A stretch of DNA of 54,063 nucleotides from Planctomycetota bacterium. Its GTDB lineage: Bacteria; Planctomycetota; UBA11346. Of the stretch, positions 48,218-54,063 are shown piece after piece (position 1 is the first letter of the stretch; each line of letters opens with the position of its first letter). A program made the translations under genes and the position numbers. The DNA lies in the NCBI GenBank assembly GCA_038231435.1, contig JBBRLJ010000036.1, positions 1 through 54,063 on the forward strand. Reading direction: 5' to 3'. Under the pieces are notes generated by a model that saw nothing but the letters and a program-made list of their open reading frames with translations, made no database searches and was not told the origin of the DNA.

Positions 48218-49978
48218 TTAGGACATGCATTCGCCGGCGCCGAGCTCGGCGAGCGAGAACAGCTTGTCCGACCCCAGGTCGTGGAGGTCCTTCTCGGTGA
48301 TCTCGCCTTCCTTGTAGCTGAAGATCGGAGTCAGGCGTTCCTTGAACTTCGCCTTCACCGCCTTCGCCGCGTCCTTGTCGAGTCCATCGCCGTTGGCCTT
48401 GCGCAGCCACTGCGCGAAGGTCTCGGTGGCGTTGCGCTCAGCCTTGTACCAGGTGGCCAGCGCGGTGATGGTCTCGATCACCTTGCGCGCGGGGATGCGC
48501 GCGACCATCGAGGCGAAGTGCACCTTGGTGCCTTCGTCGCCGCCGCCGACCATCAGCACGTAGTGCGGCACCAGCTTGTCGCCGATCTTCGACGCCGCGC
48601 CGTGCAGGCCGATGGTGCCGATGTGGTGCTGGCCGCAGCTGTTCGGACAGCCGCTGATGTTGATGTGCGAGGACAGCACCCGCTCGTCGTCGCCCAGGGC
48701 CTTGAGCGCCTCCTCGAGCTCGCGGCCGAGGTTCTTCGACAGCGTGATGCCGAGCTGGCAGGTGCTGGCTCCCGGGCAGCTCACCACGTCGACGATGGTG
48801 TGCGCCTTGCGGTGGTAGCCGAGCTTCTCGAGCTCGGTGAACAGCGCGCTGATGTCGGCGACCTTCACGCGACGGAACACCAGGTTCTGGTCGTTGGTCG
48901 AGCGCACATCGCCCTGCGAATACTTCTCGGCGAGATCGGCGAGCGTGCGCAGCTGCACAGCCGGCAGATCGCCGCGGCGAATGCACAGCGAGACCACGGC
49001 GAGGCCGTTTTCGCGATGGGCACGCACGTTCCACTTGCGGAATTCGCGCTCGGCCTGCGAACCGACCTCGATCTGGATGTGCGAGGGATTGGCGGGCGGC
49101 AAGGTGTCGGGCAGTACCTTGCCCTTGATGCCATCGGCCTTCGCGGCTGCGAGCTGCTCTTCGAACAGCGCGCGGAAGCCCGCATCGCCCTTGGCGCGGA
49201 GCACGAACTTGAGGCGCGCCTTCGCGCGGTTGGCGCGGTCGCCATACTTATGGTGGACGCGCACCAGGGCTTCGCACACGGGAATGAGTTCGGCCTTGTC
49301 GAGGCAGTCGTAAAGTTCGATCGGCGCTTGCGGCGACGAGCCGAGGCCGGCCGCGGCGAGGATGCGGAAACCCTGCTTGCCATCCTTCACCGTCGCCATC
49401 GCGCCGATGTCCTGGATGTTGACCTGGGCGAGCGGATCGGCGTTGGAGCCGCCGAAGCCGATCTTGAACTTGCGCGGCAGGCTGGCCGAGAGCGGACCGC
49501 GGAGAAAATGCTGGAACACCGCCTCGGCATATGGCTCTACCGCGAACGGCTCGTCGGTACGGGTACCGGCGAGCGGGCTGCCGACCACCGCACGCACCGC
49601 GTTGCCACACGCCTCGCGCGTGGTCAGGCCGCACTCTTCGAGCCGGCGCAGGAGCGCGGGCGTGTCGTCGAGCGGTATGAAATGGTACTGAATGGCCTGG
49701 CGGGTGGTGATGTGGCTGATGCCGTTGGTGTACTCTTCGGAGCAGTCGGCGAGCACGCGCATCTGCGCCGGGTTGACCATGCCGTACTTCAGCTTGATAC
49801 GCACCATCTGGTTGACGCCCTGCTGGCGCTGGCCGTACACGCCGTGCACCAGGCGGAAGGGCTTGAACTCCTTGTCCGGATCGATGGCACCCTTGTGGAG
49901 CAGATCGATGGTGTTCGAGTACTTAGCGAGCTCCTTCTCGACGGCTTCGGGCAGGGCGGCGGCGATGGGAGGAGTCAT
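48218..49978 (-). CDS. Ferredoxin-dependent nitrite/sulfite reductase (siroheme-4Fe4S)
   Basis: GVYGQRQ, HITTRQ, LPRKFK, SCPGASTC and SGCPNSCGQH motifs. Confidence 0.92.
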   Translation of the reverse strand: MTPPIAAALPEAVEKELAKYSNTIDLLHKGAIDPDKEFKPFRLVHGVYGQRQQGVNQMVRIKLKYGMVNPAQMRVLADCSEEYTNGISHITTRQAIQYHFIPLDDTPALLRRLEECGLTTREACGNAVRAVVGSPLAGTRTDEPFAVEPYAEAVFQHFLRGPLSASLPRKFKIGFGGSNADPLAQVNIQDIGAMATVKDGKQGFRILAAAGLGSSPQAPIELYDCLDKAELIPVCEALVRVHHKYGDRANRAKARLKFVLRAKGDAGFRALFEEQLAAAKADGIKGKVLPDTLPPANPSHIQIEVGSQAEREFRKWNVRAHRENGLAVVSLCIRRGDLPAVQLRTLADLAEKYSQGDVRSTNDQNLVFRRVKVADISALFTELEKLGYHRKAHTIVDVVSCPGASTCQLGITLSKNLGRELEEALKALGDDERVLSSHINISGCPNSCGQHHIGTIGLHGAASKIGDKLVPHYVLMVGGGDEGTKVHFASMVARIPARKVIETITALATWYKAERNATETFAQWLRKANGDGLDKDAAKAVKAKFKERLTPIFSYKEGEITEKDLHDLGSDKLFSLAELGAGECMS

Positions 49979-50296
49979 GGGTGTCCTTGGATGGCACTCG
50001 GCGTGGCGCCGCTGATGCTCGGGGATGGGTCCCGGGGATATGTCCGGGGAGGGAGACTGGCTGGCGGGCCGCAGTTTGGAGCGCGGCGACCAAAAGGTAG
50101 CGCCGTCGGCCCGGGCGAAGACATGCAAAGCTCGTGACTGCAGGCATGCGTCGGATGTATGGAAGCCCATCGCGCGGCGTTTCCGGGCGGCGATGGCCGT
50201 TAAGCGACGACGCTGCGAGCCGCGACCGGCAGGTTGCAAGCCCAAGGCCCATCGCATCATCCCATCCCCACTCCCGAACGCCCTCTAGAGGTCCCC

Positions 50297-51586
<1,290 letters not shown>

Positions 51587-52053
51587 CAGGGGCTTCGCCC
51601 CTACGGCCCTATCGGGCCTACCCCACGGGCTTTGTCGGGGCTCGATTTCGCCGGAAACCGGCGAAATCGTGGGCGGATGGGCTCCGCCCATTGTATCCGC
51701 CCACCGCCCCTCGGCGCCCGGTCGCTGCGCTCCGGTTTAGAAGCCGCCCGGCCGCCGAGTCCTGGTTTGCGTGAACAATGGGCGCAGCCCATCACGCAAA
51801 CTGGAATCACAGGGGCTTCGCCCCTACGGCCCTATCGGGCCTACCCCACGGGCTTTGTCGGGGCTCGATTTCTTCGCTGCGCTACGAAATCGTCGGCGGA
51901 TGGCTCCGCCATTGTTTCCGACGACCGCCCCTCGGCGCCCGCCCCAACGCAAAGCGATGGGGCCCCCGATGCGCTTACCTGCCCGGCGGCATAGCCGCCG
52001 CGGCCGCCGAGTCCTGATTTGCGTGAACAATGGGCGCAGCCCATCACGCAAAC
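51587..52053 (+). repeat. Two tandem copies of the family B multi-hairpin repeat (about 220-240 bp each)
   Basis: Units start at 51587 and 51810 with an identical first ~60 nt and an identical TTTGCGTGAACAATGGGCGCAGCCCATCACGCAAACT end. Confidence 0.92.
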
Positions 52054-52075
52054 TTTCTGGCCGCCCGGCGGACAG

Positions 52076-52175
52076 AAAGAAGGACGACAAAGGCCGGGGG
52101 GTCGGGGGCAGAGCCCCCGCACAAAAAGAAGGACGACAAAGGCCGTGGGGGTCCGGGGGCTAAAGCCCCCGCACA
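52076..52175. repeat. Family C tandem duplication (about 50 bp x2) with GGGGGC..GCCCCC hairpin
   Basis: AAAGAAGGACGACAAAGGCCG...GCCCCCGCACA at 52076-52123 and 52125-52175. Confidence 0.88.
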
Positions 52176-52176
52176 T

Positions 52177-52929
52177 CTAGTACCAGAAACCGATGATCAG
52201 TTCGCCGATGGGGCCGCCGCCGCTGACGGTGCTGGTCGGGCCGCCGGTGGCGTATTGGACGCGCGTGACGTAGGCGTCGTAGCCGGCCGAGACGCCGACG
52301 TAGAAGCCGCCGTTGAACAGGTACAACGCCTTCGCGGTGGCGCCGTAGTCGAGGACCACGCCGGCGCCCGAGGTCTGCCGTGTCGCGATACCGGCGGACG
52401 AGGTCTCGGTGCGCACCCAGCCCGCGCCGAGGCCGACCGAGGGCGTGAGCTCGAGGGTGAAGCGACCCGCCGTGAACGCGGGACCGAGGTCGAGCCGCAC
52501 GCCATAGCTCTTCATCTGATCGCGGGTGAAGACGCCGCCGCTCGTCGTGCTGCCCCGCACCTCGCGTCCGTAGAGTGTGGGGATGGCGGCGAGGCCCCAG
52601 CCGCCGTCGAGGCTGGTGTCGTAGGCGAGCCCGGCGGTGAGGATCGCACCGTAGGTGGGATCGAGGGATTGGGAGACGCCCGAGACCTTGTGCTTGTCGA
52701 TGCCGGCGACCGCGCCGCCGCTCACGCGCAGGCCGCCGGTATACACGGGATGCGAGCGCTCGAGCGGGGGGAGCGACGCTGGCGCCTGCTCGGGCTCGGC
52801 GCGATGGAGCGGTCGCTCGCCCTCGGGGTGGGTCGCGCGCCGATGGATGGCGGCCGGATCCTCGGCCGCGCCCGCTGGGATGCAGGCCGCGGCCGCGAGC
52901 AGGACGGGGAGGGCGAGCGTGATGCGCAT
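52177..52929 (-). CDS. Putative outer-membrane beta-barrel protein
   Basis: Signal peptide; about 8 amphipathic strands; aromatic C-terminus (GFWY). Confidence 0.7.
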   Translation of the reverse strand: MRITLALPVLLAAAACIPAGAAEDPAAIHRRATHPEGERPLHRAEPEQAPASLPPLERSHPVYTGGLRVSGGAVAGIDKHKVSGVSQSLDPTYGAILTAGLAYDTSLDGGWGLAAIPTLYGREVRGSTTSGGVFTRDQMKSYGVRLDLGPAFTAGRFTLELTPSVGLGAGWVRTETSSAGIATRQTSGAGVVLDYGATAKALYLFNGGFYVGVSAGYDAYVTRVQYATGGPTSTVSGGGPIGELIIGFWY

Positions 52930-53249
52930 GGGCAGACGGTGTGCGCGTGCCTCGGCTATTCAAGTCCGTACGCCCCGACATCCGCTCGCTTGGCGACGCG
53001 CCTACGGCATCGCCCATCCCGCCCGCCTATCGCGGTGATAGACGGCAAGGTGCCCGCGTCCCCCAGACAAGCATACGATGCGTCCATCGTCTGTACGGCG
53101 CAGGCACTTGTGGCCTCCACTGACTGAGGACCGCATGTGCCAGCGCGGGCTTCGCGGCTATTGACTCCACCCCTTCCAGGGAATGATTCGCATCCCTTTC
53201 AGCGTCCCTTCGACGAAAACCCACACCAACCAGCTCTCAGGAGATACCC

Positions 53250-53837
53250 ATGTCCCTCGTCCAGAAGAAGGCCCCCGATTTCGCCGCCGATGCGGTGATG
53301 GCCGACGGTTCGTTCAAGACCATCAAGCTCAGCGACTACAAGGGCAAGTGGGTGGTGGTATTCTTCTACCCCCTCGACTTCACCTTCGTCTGCCCCACCG
53401 AGATCATCGCCTTCAGCGATCGCATGGCCGACTTCAAGGCCGCCGGCGTCGAAGTCCTTGGCATCAGCGTCGACAGCAAGTTCACCCACCTCGCGTGGCG
53501 CAACACCCCGCGCAACAACGGCGGCCTCGGCGACCTCGCCTACCCGTTGGTGTCCGACCTCAACAAGTCGATCGCGCGCGACTACGGCTGCCTCATCGAG
53601 GAAGCCGGCATCGCCCTGCGCGGCCTGTACATCATCAACCCCGAGGGCGTGGTCAGCGCCGCGATCGTCCACGACCTCCCGGTCGGCCGCTCGGTCGACG
53701 AGACCCTGCGCGTGATCAAGGCCTTCCAGTTCGTCGCCAAGCACGGCGAGGTCTGCCCCGCCAACTGGACCGAAGGCAAGGCCACCATGAAGGCCGACCC
53801 CAAGGGCTCGAAGGAATACTTCGCCAAGGTGAAGTGA
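53250..53837 (+). CDS. ahpC: Typical 2-Cys peroxiredoxin
   Basis: [13 protein letters not shown] and EVCPANW motifs; AGGAG SD. Confidence 0.95.
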   Translation: MSLVQKKAPDFAADAVMADGSFKTIKLSDYKGKWVVVFFYPLDFTFVCPTEIIAFSDRMADFKAAGVEVLGISVDSKFTHLAWRNTPRNNGGLGDLAYPLVSDLNKSIARDYGCLIEEAGIALRGLYIINPEGVVSAAIVHDLPVGRSVDETLRVIKAFQFVAKHGEVCPANWTEGKATMKADPKGSKEYFAKVK

Positions 53838-53922
53838 CTTTCGGTTGGGGGGCTACGGCTTTTGGTTGGGGGGCTACGGCCCCCCAACATCGCGCTCCGC
53901 GCTGCCCCCCGGGAAGAAACGG
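53838..53922 (+). repeat. Family A hairpin repeat with duplicated half-arm
   Basis: Half-copy at 53844-53859 and full core at 53865-53888 right after the ahpC stop. Confidence 0.9.
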
Positions 53923-54063
53923 GAAGTGGTTTCGAAGAATCGACCCGGCTCGCGCCGGGTTGATTCGTTTGATGAATTAATTGGGTCTCATGCAGGACCG
54001 CAGACAGCTTGACGGGGTCTGAGGACGGCGGCCCTGGCCCGGCGGAAAAGGTAGAGCAAGGAC

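Noticed and set aside
49979..50296. Riboswitch or leader peptide upstream of the sulfite/nitrite reductase
   Set aside because: No recognisable SAM or cobalamin riboswitch core and no Cys-rich leader; the in-frame extension to 50260 looks non-coding

Overview
High-GC bacterial chromosomal window, densely coding, about 46 plausible CDS plus one tRNA. The Hanks kinase-LRR fusion, several AraC and PhyH-type genes, an orphan ExbD and Cys-rich exported proteins suggest Planctomycetota/PVC (inference). Housekeeping genes: hemA, ccsA-like, actP with a DUF485 partner, mlaEFD, nudF-like, pheT, ate/bpt, a Sdh1-type succinate dehydrogenase operon, prs-rplY, tatD, speD, aroC, a nitrite/sulfite reductase, icd and ahpC. 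An accessory-looking block (18.1-25.5 kb) holds LacI+GH4, a tandem ferritin-like protein, two AraC regulators and PhyH. No integrase, transposase, CRISPR or rRNA was seen. Most notable: (1) a minimal MlaEFD operon whose MlaD ends in a beta-barrel-like domain (possible trans-envelope bridge); (2) a 4-PDZ HtrA paired with a catalytically dead trypsin-fold protein; (3) a heme-less SDH anchor with candidate Rieske-type ligands; (4) an uncharacterised two-domain diiron-type protein; (5) three families of intergenic repeats, two of which show compensatory base changes and co-orientation with the upstream gene, plus degenerate heptamer arrays; (6) a small CxxC/His protein with its own promoter, SD and terminator. 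Product calls come from motif recognition by eye; no database searches were run.
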